NCBI GenBank assembly: GCA_964594865.1
Contig: CAZQMZ010000005.1
Span: 8,521-72,520 of the forward strand
Direction: 5' to 3'
Source: an uncultured Lachnospiraceae bacterium
Lineage (GTDB): Bacteria > Bacillota > Clostridia > Christensenellales > UBA1242
DNA: 64,000 nt
Below, in pieces: positions 28,783-38,387 of the stretch (positions within the stretch are counted from its first letter, which is position 1; each line of letters starts with the position of its first letter). Position numbers and translations under genes: made by a program. Under the pieces are notes generated by a model. That model was given only the letters and a program-made list of their open reading frames with translations. It did no database searches and had not been told where the DNA came from.

Positions 28783-28891
28783 TTTTTTGTCCTTTTTTTT
28801 ACTTCAAACCATTATACCATTTCTTCTCAACAATTTCAATAGTTTATGTAAAAACAATAAAAAAAGACAGAACAATTTCTGCCTTTTTTTG

Positions 28892-30241
28892 TTAGATATC
28901 CTTTCGGCGATAATCCACTTCAACAACATTTTTGTCTTGTTTTTTCTTCATATCGTGGTCGTTCCATTTACGAACAATAAGTGTGGTCAAAGGTGTCAAA
29001 ATCATCATAACCAACTGTCCTACAATCAGATAGATTGCAAACAAACTTGTATACATAAAGGTGAACACACCATAAATCAACGCCATGACAACATACATAA
29101 CCCAAGACTGTTTTTGTGCAGGTGCGTTTTTGTTTCTCATAAGCCTGTTTGAAAGCCACATTGACAACACGCAAACAAGCACAGCAATTATTGTGAGAAT
29201 ATAATATCCATTCTGTTGATTTTCAATGTCTTCAAGTTGTGAATTGTTTTCAATAACATAATCAAAAATTGACTCTTCATATGAGTATGTGTCTTCCACT
29301 TCCTGTTCTTCGTCACTGTAATAATCGGACATATAATCCACAATTTCACTCTTTGTGAACAATGGACTTGTTGGAGACTCAGATTTATATATGTTCTTTA
29401 TCCACAAAAATCCTTCTTGGGTGTTGAGATAATATTCTCTTACAGCGGTTTCAGCCAAAAGTACAAACTCATCATTATAACCGGTTGAGACGTAAGCAAT
29501 TTCTTCCAAACTTTCTTCGTCTGCTGTTGTGACAATTTCGTTTTCGTCATCATCTTCTTCAATAACATATTTTGCAAGAAGATTATAAACTTCTTCGTTT
29601 GAAGATGCAAGTTCTTCATCAAACAAAACTGCATTTCCAAGATTTTCAAAAGTTTCTCCCTCATCTTTACTAACTTTCAATTGCATATATTGAAGACCGT
29701 CATCAGCTGTGTAAATCTCAATTGAAAGTTGATCACTTTCGGAATCATATTCTTCTTCCAAAACTTGCAAAATGTCACTGTTTTCGTTTAAACTTATCAC
29801 ATTGGCATAAATATTCTTCATGTTTTGATATTGATTTACGATGTTATAACTTGCCACTGATTGCAAAGAGTTCCATAATGTCAAAAACACTGTAAATTGC
29901 AAAATCAACATTATAAGCATTGGAAGACAACTGCTGACCATGCTGAATTGATATTTTTTATACACTTCATTTGTCTTCTGTTGCATGAGGGCTGGATCGT
30001 TGCCATATTTCTGTTTAATTGCATCCAACTCTGGTTTCATTTTGGCATTTATGTCGTTGTTTTTCATGGTCACTTTTTTGTTTATTATGTCCACAAGAGA
30101 AAACAAAAATCTGACGATCACAGCAATGACAATGACTGCCAAAATATATGTCCCCATTCCATTTTTGAAAGCATTTAAAATGTTTTGCCAAAAACCTGTG
30201 GATTGAGTTAATGTCACGAGGTAGGTGTTTATAAAATCCAT
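28892..30241 (-). CDS. yidC: YidC/Oxa1 membrane insertase with enlarged acidic extracytoplasmic region
   Basis: IVRFLF, KPELDAIKQKYGND, SSCLPMLI, FLWIKN, FAIYLIVG; position after yidD. Confidence 0.9.
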   Translation of the reverse strand: MDFINTYLVTLTQSTGFWQNILNAFKNGMGTYILAVIVIAVIVRFLFSLVDIINKKVTMKNNDINAKMKPELDAIKQKYGNDPALMQQKTNEVYKKYQFSMVSSCLPMLIMLILQFTVFLTLWNSLQSVASYNIVNQYQNMKNIYANVISLNENSDILQVLEEEYDSESDQLSIEIYTADDGLQYMQLKVSKDEGETFENLGNAVLFDEELASSNEEVYNLLAKYVIEEDDDENEIVTTADEESLEEIAYVSTGYNDEFVLLAETAVREYYLNTQEGFLWIKNIYKSESPTSPLFTKSEIVDYMSDYYSDEEQEVEDTYSYEESIFDYVIENNSQLEDIENQQNGYYILTIIAVLVCVLSMWLSNRLMRNKNAPAQKQSWVMYVVMALIYGVFTFMYTSLFAIYLIVGQLVMMILTPLTTLIVRKWNDHDMKKKQDKNVVEVDYRRKDI

Positions 30242-30492
30242 ATGTTATCTCCTTTTATGTTGATGGGAATGGGGTCATATCCTCTCTTCTTTTGCCAAGG
30301 AACACATCGACAAAGTCTTTTCAACCCCAACCAAACACCTTTAAAAATTCCAAATTCTTCCACCGCACCAATCATATAGTTGGAACACGTCGGCGTGAAC
30401 AAGCAAGAGTGAGGAATCAATGGCGAAATGCACCATTTATATAAATATATTGGAAACAATAAGATTTTCTTAAAGAGATTTTTTCTTTTCAT
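30229..30492 (-). CDS. yidD: Membrane protein insertion efficiency factor
   Basis: YKWCISPL..SCLFTPTCSNY..AVEEFG...RLCRCVPW..GYDPIP. Confidence 0.93.
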   Translation of the reverse strand: MKRKNLFKKILLFPIYLYKWCISPLIPHSCLFTPTCSNYMIGAVEEFGIFKGVWLGLKRLCRCVPWQKKRGYDPIPINIKGDNIWIL

Positions 30493-30799
30493 ATTTCTCA
30501 AACAATATTTCAAGTTCTTTTTTCAAATCTAAAAAATCAAGACTTGTGGCATCTTCTCTTGCCAAGACAACAAAATTGCAAAAAGATGGAATATTCATTT
30601 TTCTGACAATTTCTTTCATACGTCTTTTCAACTTATTTCTTTTGTTGGCTTTTCCAAGTTTTTTGGAAATCGAAAACCCAATTTTATATCCTTCAAATCT
30701 GCTCTTAACGACAAAAAGGGTGAAATTTTTTGTGTGAACTTTCTCACCCTTCTTATATATATAATTGAATTGGCTATTTTTCTTTAATCTGTGGTCCAT
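30470..30799 (-). CDS. rnpA: Ribonuclease P protein component
   Basis: RLKKNSQF, IGFSISKKLGKANKRNKLKRRMKE (RNR motif). Confidence 0.95.
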   Translation of the reverse strand: MDHRLKKNSQFNYIYKKGEKVHTKNFTLFVVKSRFEGYKIGFSISKKLGKANKRNKLKRRMKEIVRKMNIPSFCNFVVLAREDATSLDFLDLKKELEILFEKYEKKKSL

Positions 30800-30808
30800 A
30801 AAAAACCT

Positions 30809-30943
30809 TTAAGCAGAGATTTTCTTTCTTCCTCTGTTTCTGCGTCTTTGCAAAACATTTCTTCCGCCTTTTGTTTTCATTCTTTCACGGAAGCCATGAA
30901 CTTTTTGTCTTTTTCTCTTTTTAGGTTGATATGTTCTTTTCAT
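30809..30943 (-). CDS. rpmH: 50S ribosomal protein L34 (below ORF-track cutoff)
   Basis: [52 protein letters not shown]. Confidence 0.98.
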   Translation of the reverse strand: MKRTYQPKKRKRQKVHGFRERMKTKGGRNVLQRRRNRGRKKISA

Positions 30944-31172
30944 AATTTTTCTCCTTAAACTCGAATTGTAAAAGTGTTACGTTTGATTATACAAAATATA
31001 TTTTTTTTTGTCAAGGCGATTGAAAAAATTTTTTAAATAATTTATTGAATATACTGAAATTTTGTCGATTTTTTTTAATAATTTAAAATAAGATAAAAAA
31101 GAAACAAAAAATCTTTCAAAATAAAAAAAATCTATATATTTTTATAGATTTTTTATTTTTATTTTATTTTTC

Positions 31173-32273
31173 TTATCCAATCATTCTGACAGGTAAGATG
31201 AGATATAAAAATTCATCGCCTTCAACAGGAACAATGACACATGGATTGGCAGGTGAGTTGAAACAAATTTTGACAAACTCATCACTGTTCACTTTCAAAT
31301 TTTCAATGAAATAACGCGCATTAAACGCAATCAAAAGTTCTTTGCCAGAAGTATTCACTGACACATTTTCTTTGATATTTCCAATTTCAGAATTGGAAGT
31401 TATGCACAAATTTTTCTCTTTGATCTCAAACTTGACACAATTTCCTTGTCCAACCTTGGAAAGAAGTGAGGCTCTTTCCAAAGCATCTTCAAATTGAACT
31501 TTGTTTATGATGCAAATCGTTTCATAGTTCGCTGAAATGATTTGTTTGTAATTAACAAAATCTCCTTCAAGAAGTCTTGTAGTCAATTTTGTGTCACCAA
31601 AATCTATCATCAAAGAACTTCTGTCCACATAGACATTGATGATTTCATCACTCTCATCCAAAAGACGAGAAATTTCATTCAAACTCTTGGAAGGAATGAC
31701 AATGCTCATTGTCAAATTTGAAGAGATGTTTTTCTTGACTTTTGCCAAACGATATCCATCAAGTGCCACAGCATTGAGAGTGTTTTTGTCGATGTCAAAA
31801 AGCACACCTTTAAGAATTGGGCGACTGTCATCCACAGCAACAGAAAAAATTGTTTTGCTGATTACTGTTTTTAAATCTTTTTTTGTAATTCCAAAACAAT
31901 CCAAACTTTCCAATCTCTTGAACGATGGATATTCCAAAACATTATAACATTGAATGATTGATTGACTGTCGTCATATTTGATTATCATTTGATTTTTTTC
32001 ATTGAGTTCAATTTCAATCATTTCATTTGTCAATTTCTTAACAAACTCAGTGATAAATTTGCCAGGAACAACCGCTTCCCCTTCTTCTTTGATGTTTGCC
32101 CTAATTTTCTTTTCAATGGAAAGTTCTGTGTCTGTTGCACTCAATGTGATGCGATCATCTTCAGCAACAATTTTGATGCCTTCCAAAATTGGATTTGTTA
32201 TCTTGTTTGATATTGCTTTGCTTACACTGAGTAAAGCTTCCGAAAGGTCCACTCCATGACATGAAACTAACAT
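31173..32273 (-). CDS. dnaN: DNA polymerase III beta clamp
   Basis: PILEGI, LSATDTELSI, SRPILKGV, VALDGYRLA, RLLEGDFVNY, YLILPVR; start set at MLVSC. Confidence 0.97.
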   Translation of the reverse strand: MLVSCHGVDLSEALLSVSKAISNKITNPILEGIKIVAEDDRITLSATDTELSIEKKIRANIKEEGEAVVPGKFITEFVKKLTNEMIEIELNEKNQMIIKYDDSQSIIQCYNVLEYPSFKRLESLDCFGITKKDLKTVISKTIFSVAVDDSRPILKGVLFDIDKNTLNAVALDGYRLAKVKKNISSNLTMSIVIPSKSLNEISRLLDESDEIINVYVDRSSLMIDFGDTKLTTRLLEGDFVNYKQIISANYETICIINKVQFEDALERASLLSKVGQGNCVKFEIKEKNLCITSNSEIGNIKENVSVNTSGKELLIAFNARYFIENLKVNSDEFVKICFNSPANPCVIVPVEGDEFLYLILPVRMIG

Positions 32274-32399
32274 TTCTAAATTCTCCTTATCTAAATTTTG
32301 TATCTTTTGAACATGAGAATTATAACACATTCAAAAAACAAAGTCCAACAAATTTGACCTATTTCAAAATCTCATTTTTTAAGATTCTTCACGCGCGCA

Positions 32400-32610
32400 C
32401 TTTAACTTTTTTGAAATCATTAATTATATAATAATATTACTTGTTATCGCTGTGGAAATGTGGATAACTAAAAGCAAAAAATCTAAAAATACCATATATT
32501 GTGAGAAGAAAAATGAAAATTTCAATATATAGAAAATTTTTAAATGAGATTTATGTGGATAAAAATGTGTATAAATAAGGTAAAAAATTCCACAAGTTCA
32601 CATTTTTTTA
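32400..32610. other. oriC: Replication origin oriC: DnaA-trio-like tract, GC spacer, tandem DnaA boxes
   Basis: TAATAATATTAC...TCGC followed by TGTGGAAA TGTGGATAA (32451-32467); TGTGGATAA 32554-32562; TGTGTATAA 32566-32574; AATTCCACA 32586-32594; between dnaA and dnaN. Confidence 0.88.
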
Positions 32611-32660
32611 AATAAAAAAAACTTCTAAAAATTTTTTAGAAGTTTTGTAAAATATTTTTT

Positions 32661-34007
32661 TTACATCATCAAAGTGTTTTTTATGTCATTGATAAGAGTT
32701 TGTGTTTTCTTGTTTGTTTTCAAATCTTGAGTGATTTTATCTCTTGAATGCATGATTGTGGTGTGATCGCGTCCACCAAAAATTTTTCCGATTGTTTTGA
32801 GCGGTGGATCCAAAATTTCACTGATGAGATATATAGCAATCATGCGTGGTTCAACAACTTCTTTATTTTTCTTTTTGCCGGTGATGTCGTTATACGAAAT
32901 ATTGAAATAGTCGCAAACAACAGAAATTATTTTGTCTGTCGTGACGTCATTTTTGAGTTCTTCTTTTTGGTTTGAAAAGATATCTTTCACTTCTTCCATA
33001 GTTGCAACTTTTTTGCCTGTGAGAGTGGCAAGAAAATATACTTCAGAGAGTTTTCCTTCCAAATCTCGAATGTTTGTGTCGACATTTTCTGCGATGTAAT
33101 TGATGACTTCATCTTCGGCATAATATTTTTCTAATTGACTTTTTTTGTGAAGAATAGCAATCCGTGTTTCAATATCTGGTTTTTGAATGTCGTGAATCAA
33201 TCCCATTGAAAAACGAGAGCGGAGTCTGTCTTCAAGAGTTGGGATATCTTTTGGAGGTCGGTCAGAACAAATGATAACCTGTTTGTTGGACATAATAAGT
33301 TCGTTGAAAGTGTTGAAAAATTCTTCTTGTGTTTCTTTTTTGTTGGCAATATTTTGAATATCATCCACCATCAAAACATCAAGGTTTCGATATTTTCCAC
33401 GAAATTCCATAATTGATTTTGTTTTTGTTGAAGAATAAAGAGAAGAGATATAGTCATTTGTGAATTGTTCACAGGTGACATATTTGATTTTAAGTTCAGG
33501 CGAAAATTCCCAAAGATAATTTCCAATTGCGTGCAAAAGGTGAGTTTTTCCCAAACCAACACCACCATATATAAAAAGCGGGTTATATCTTTTTCCTGGA
33601 TTTTCAGCAACAGTTCGTGCAGCGGCATATACAAATTGATTACTCTTTCCAACAACAAAATTGTCAAATGTGAATTTTTCAATGAAAGGATTTTTTTCTT
33701 TTTGTGAAGGATTTTTATTTTCTTCCACTCTGTTTGTCTTCAAATATTCAATCTCTTCGTTTGGATCAAGAACGACAATCTTGAGTGGCTTGCCAACAAC
33801 TTCAAAGCAACAATCACCAATTTTGTCCAGAAAATTTCTTAAAATTTGATTTTTTGCTGAAACAGATTGTGCTGCGATGATAAAATTGTCGTTGTCATCA
33901 ATTTCAATTGGTTTAATTGTGTTGATCCAAAGCATAAAAGAAACGGAAGAAATCCGAAGTTCCAATTTTTCCAAAATTTGTTGCCAAAGAATGCTTATTT
34001 CTTGCAT
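32661..34007 (-). CDS. dnaA: Chromosomal replication initiator DnaA
   Basis: FTFDNFVVGKSN, NPLFIYGGVGLGKTHL, LMVDDIQ, RLRSRF, GGRDHTTIMHS. Confidence 0.99.
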   Translation of the reverse strand: MQEISILWQQILEKLELRISSVSFMLWINTIKPIEIDDNDNFIIAAQSVSAKNQILRNFLDKIGDCCFEVVGKPLKIVVLDPNEEIEYLKTNRVEENKNPSQKEKNPFIEKFTFDNFVVGKSNQFVYAAARTVAENPGKRYNPLFIYGGVGLGKTHLLHAIGNYLWEFSPELKIKYVTCEQFTNDYISSLYSSTKTKSIMEFRGKYRNLDVLMVDDIQNIANKKETQEEFFNTFNELIMSNKQVIICSDRPPKDIPTLEDRLRSRFSMGLIHDIQKPDIETRIAILHKKSQLEKYYAEDEVINYIAENVDTNIRDLEGKLSEVYFLATLTGKKVATMEEVKDIFSNQKEELKNDVTTDKIISVVCDYFNISYNDITGKKKNKEVVEPRMIAIYLISEILDPPLKTIGKIFGGRDHTTIMHSRDKITQDLKTNKKTQTLINDIKNTLMM

Positions 34008-34113
34008 AAAATTCTCCTTGAAGTTTTTGATTTTAATATGAATATATTTTAAATTAGAAAAAATAAATTGTCAAGCAGTTTGAAATATTAAAAATTTGTG
34101 ATAAAATATTTTC

Positions 34114-35205
34114 ATGAATGTTCGACAACTTGAAATTTGCAATTTCAGAAATTATGAAAAAACAAAATTGGCTTTTGATGAAAAAGTCAATGTTTTTATT
34201 GGAAAAAATGCTCAAGGAAAAACAAATTTGCTTGAAAGCCTATATTATTCATGTATTGGAAAAAGTTTTAAATCTTGCAAAGACAAAGATCTCATCCGAT
34301 GGGGTCAAGACAGCGGAAAAATTGACATCATCGTCAATAAAAAATATCGCGATGTTGAAGTGGAAATTGGTTTAAGTAGATTACAGAAAAAAAGTGTGAA
34401 AATCAACAACCTTCCAATAAGAAGAATTGGCGAACTTATTGGAGAAATCAACATAGTCTTTTTTTCTCCACAAGAAATGAAACTTGTTCGAGAAAGTCCA
34501 GAAGAAAGACGTAAATTTATGGATGTCGACATTTCTCAAAACAATAAAAGATATTTTTATCAACTGTCGAGATATGAAAAAATTTTAGCGAACCGAAACA
34601 AACTTCTCAAAACATCCAACTCAATTGAAGTTGTCAAAGAAACTGTGGACATATGGGACAGAGCGCTTGTGACATCCGCCAAATTCATTGCTTTTGAAAG
34701 AGCAAAATTTATCTCACAAATTTTGCCATACTCTCAAAAGGCGCACAGTTTCTTAAGTGGTGGAAAAGAAAACTTGTCGCTTAAATATCGTTGTGGATGT
34801 TCGGTGGCACTTGACGAAAATTTTGAAAAAAACATGATTTCTCTTTTGAAGAAAAATCTTGAAAAGGACTATAAATTTGGATATACAACAATCGGGGTCC
34901 ACAGAGATGAAATAGACATTTTTTTGAATGACGTTGAAGTGAAAAATTTTGGTTCGCAAGGTCAACAGCGGACAGTGGCACTTGCCTTGAAACTTGCAGA
35001 ACTTGAAAATATGAAAGAAATCAACGGAGAATATCCAATTCTTCTTCTGGACGATGTTTTTTCAGAACTTGACAGCGAACGTCAAGCAAGACTTCTCAAA
35101 TTTGTTGGAAGAACACAGACCTTTATCACTTGCACAGATGAGAGAAAATTGGATGGAAAGATTTTTAAGATTGTGGACGGAAAAGTTTTTGAAGATAATG
35201 TTTGA
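34114..35205 (+). CDS. recF: DNA replication/repair protein RecF
   Basis: NFRNY, GKNAQGKTNLLE, PEERRKFMD, GVHRDEI, GSQGQQR, LLLDDVFSELD. Confidence 0.97.
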   Translation: MNVRQLEICNFRNYEKTKLAFDEKVNVFIGKNAQGKTNLLESLYYSCIGKSFKSCKDKDLIRWGQDSGKIDIIVNKKYRDVEVEIGLSRLQKKSVKINNLPIRRIGELIGEINIVFFSPQEMKLVRESPEERRKFMDVDISQNNKRYFYQLSRYEKILANRNKLLKTSNSIEVVKETVDIWDRALVTSAKFIAFERAKFISQILPYSQKAHSFLSGGKENLSLKYRCGCSVALDENFEKNMISLLKKNLEKDYKFGYTTIGVHRDEIDIFLNDVEVKNFGSQGQQRTVALALKLAELENMKEINGEYPILLLDDVFSELDSERQARLLKFVGRTQTFITCTDERKLDGKIFKIVDGKVFEDNV

Positions 35206-35363
35206 TATTTTCTTGCAAAATTAAACAAAAATATATTAAAATAAAGAAAAGTTGTATACAAATTTGCAGGAAAGGAAAAATTTATAAGATTGAATCGTCT
35301 TTAATATAAATCAAAAATAAAAAATCATTTTTGACATAAAGTCAAAAAAAAGGAGAAGAAGTT

Positions 35364-38222
35364 TTGGAAAATTATATTGTTTGGGGCGGAGCGGCCATTT
35401 TGGTGATTTTTTTAGGATTGGGTTTTCTTATGGGAGTGTGGAGAGGACTTAAACGTTCAACATGTCACATCTTTTTCTTTATTGCAAGCATTATTTTGGC
35501 GTATTTAATCACAAAAGTGGTGACAAACGCACTGCTTGGAATTACGATTGCTTATGGAGAAGAGAGTTATTCTTTGAAAGATTTGATTTCTCAGCTTATT
35601 TCCGAACAGTTTGATTTATCAAGTTACAGCAGTGTTTCAACCTTTATTGAAAACTTGCCGGCGGCAATTTTAAGTCCAATTGTCTTCATGTTTTTGGTGA
35701 TCGTGGTCTATTTTGTCGTTAACTTGATCTATCATTGCGTTGCTTGTTTTTGTTTTCGAAAAAAGAATGTAAAACAAAAACCTCGCAGACTTTTGGGAGG
35801 CCTTTTGGGAATTGTTGAAGGTTTTGTTTTTATGATTGTGCTTTTTGCGCCAATCACAGCTCTGACAAATTTCTATCAAGATCTGTCCACTTCTTCAAGT
35901 GAAAGCACGGAAATTTCCAGCGAAAATTCTTTTATGACAATTGACGAATATATTTCACTATATGTTCCACAAACGGTGAACGACGTAATTACGGCGTATA
36001 ACAATTCATTCTTTGGAAAATTGGTCAATTTTGGCGGACTTTCAGATGTCATTTTTGATGGACTTGCAAACGTTTCAGTGAATAATGAAAAAATTGTCAT
36101 AAGAACGGAACTTTTGAACCTTGCGGAAATCTATAACAACGCCGTGGAAATCTATGGCGAAATTTCAAATTCCAACTATGACATAAGCATCACAAATTTG
36201 AAAGACAGTGTTGAAACTTTTGTGGATAACGGTCTTTTCAAGGCGGTTATTGCTCCAACGATTGTTGATTACATTAAAAACTACTCTCTTTCAGACGAAA
36301 ACACAGATGAAAATTCTAGCTTTATGCAAGTTTTGGAAGACTTGATTGCAAACTTGAAAGAAGTTGTTGTGGAAGAGGGTTTTGACGGATACACATATTT
36401 CAGACATGACATTATGCAAGTATTTGAAATTGCAAATGATGTGTTTGAAAGCAAAATTGTTTCAAAGATTATAGATTTGGAAGAAAAATCCGTCATCAAT
36501 ATTTTGGAAATAGTCAACAACGAATCTGTGGAAACAATCGCCACAAATATGTTGACTCTCAACATTGTTCAAGACTCTTTCTCAACAATCATAAAATTTG
36601 CAAACACACAAATTGAAAGCTTGTTTGAAAGTGACGAAACAATCGGGCTTAATTCAAACATAACCGACACAGAAAAACTTGTCAGCGACATCTTTGAAAT
36701 CCTGAACGAAATTTTGGAACTGTACGATCATATTGACATTATAAGTCTTTTGGACGGAGATATTTTTGAAATTCTTTCACAAGCTGAAGATTTGAGTTCT
36801 GTGCTTGACAGCTTGGGAGTTGTTTTTGACAATGTGAGAGAACTTGAATTGTTGGTTCTTGATGAAAACGGCACAACAGTGTATGTTTTTGACAACCTTT
36901 TGAAAACCTTTGAAATTTCATTGCTTGGCGATGAAGTTCAAACAGAAAGTGGCAGTGAAACTTTGGACACATACACCAAATTCTTCAACTTCATAAAAGA
37001 GCCAATCATGACAATTTTGGATTTGGAAATTTTAAGCTCTGAGAATTTTGATGAAGTGTATGAAAGCATTTTGGATCGATTGAAAGAAAATGAAGATCTT
37101 TTTGCAGAGCTTCTTATGCCGTTCTATCAACTTAAAAATGCGACCTTTGATGGCGAAACATCTTTGAAAGAATTGGTGTTTGACAGTATGATTGATGCAT
37201 TGAAAGATGTGATCAGTGAAGATATAATTAACTTTGATGCTGTGGAGAACACATATGAAAGCTGGAAGAGCGAGCTTGAACTTTTGGGCAAAACATTGAA
37301 CGCGTTGAACTCTGGCGAGATTGAAAGTGGAACCGAAATGACATATCTTGAATACATCCAACAAGATTCTTTTGACATGAACACTCTTTTGGAAGCAATA
37401 CTTGAAGGCACGGATGATGCGTTTACAAACATTTTGACACCAATTTTTAAATCAAGTTTGTTCTCACCTTTGGTTGAAAGCGTGTTTGAAGAGATTGACA
37501 ATCAAATTTTCAGCTTGACAGGTGTTAATCCACAAACATCTCTTGACAACTTGAAATCGACAATCGAGGGCGACAGCGGAGTGATTGAAACATTGAAATC
37601 TCTTTTGGAGACAACTCTAAATGAGGAAAATATGAGCGAAATCAGTCTTTCAACAGTCGGCAAAATTTTGGATATTCTTCAAAACAATGCAAAATCATCT
37701 GGAAATGAAGGAAATTATGACGGCGTGTTCAACAACATCTTTGTCAATTTGGTTTGGTATTTGACAGGCGATGACATAAGTGCTGGAGAAATATATTCCA
37801 GTGAGACAAACAAGAATGAATACACAGAAGAAATCAAAGCGCTTTTGAAAGAGAATTTGTCAATAGATGAGATTGATTATTATAAAATTAATTTTGAAAG
37901 TGCAATGTCCGGAATTGAAGATGTTGTTAATCTTGCACAATCACTTTTGGAAAATTTGAATAACTTTAATTTCTCAGGCGAAAGTGACATCTCCACTTTT
38001 GTGGAAAAACTTGAAACAGCAATTGGAGAAACTTCGGCGGAAATTATCGAAAAATTGGCATCTATAGTTGACCAAATTGAAGATAAGTATGATTTCATTG
38101 ACGAGTCAACAATAACAGAATTTGGAGATGAAATTGTTGAACAAATTAATGACACTTTCGATTCAGATGTTGCTCAGGCGATATGCGATCTTCTTGGACT
38201 CAAATCAATTACACAAGCTTGA
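35364..38222 (+). CDS. CvpA-like N-terminal membrane domain fused to a very long acidic helical extracytoplasmic region
   Basis: GFLMGVWRGLKR...RLLGGLLGIVEG CvpA pattern in first ~170 aa; remainder D/E/S/N/I/L-rich; TTG start after AAGGAG; terminator 38228-38265. Confidence 0.65.
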   Translation: MENYIVWGGAAILVIFLGLGFLMGVWRGLKRSTCHIFFFIASIILAYLITKVVTNALLGITIAYGEESYSLKDLISQLISEQFDLSSYSSVSTFIENLPAAILSPIVFMFLVIVVYFVVNLIYHCVACFCFRKKNVKQKPRRLLGGLLGIVEGFVFMIVLFAPITALTNFYQDLSTSSSESTEISSENSFMTIDEYISLYVPQTVNDVITAYNNSFFGKLVNFGGLSDVIFDGLANVSVNNEKIVIRTELLNLAEIYNNAVEIYGEISNSNYDISITNLKDSVETFVDNGLFKAVIAPTIVDYIKNYSLSDENTDENSSFMQVLEDLIANLKEVVVEEGFDGYTYFRHDIMQVFEIANDVFESKIVSKIIDLEEKSVINILEIVNNESVETIATNMLTLNIVQDSFSTIIKFANTQIESLFESDETIGLNSNITDTEKLVSDIFEILNEILELYDHIDIISLLDGDIFEILSQAEDLSSVLDSLGVVFDNVRELELLVLDENGTTVYVFDNLLKTFEISLLGDEVQTESGSETLDTYTKFFNFIKEPIMTILDLEILSSENFDEVYESILDRLKENEDLFAELLMPFYQLKNATFDGETSLKELVFDSMIDALKDVISEDIINFDAVENTYESWKSELELLGKTLNALNSGEIESGTEMTYLEYIQQDSFDMNTLLEAILEGTDDAFTNILTPIFKSSLFSPLVESVFEEIDNQIFSLTGVNPQTSLDNLKSTIEGDSGVIETLKSLLETTLNEENMSEISLSTVGKILDILQNNAKSSGNEGNYDGVFNNIFVNLVWYLTGDDISAGEIYSSETNKNEYTEEIKALLKENLSIDEIDYYKINFESAMSGIEDVVNLAQSLLENLNNFNFSGESDISTFVEKLETAIGETSAEIIEKLASIVDQIEDKYDFIDESTITEFGDEIVEQINDTFDSDVAQAICDLLGLKSITQA

Positions 38223-38387
38223 GAATAAAATGAAAAAGTTGAGACTGAATTCTCAACTTTTTTGTTCTAGAAAAACTTTAATAAAATTTTTTCGTTTAGC
38301 AAGATCTTTAATAAAATTAATTTTTGTAAAAAAATACATGTTGTCGATTTGATTTGAAAATATTAAATTATGTGATAAAATATTTAC

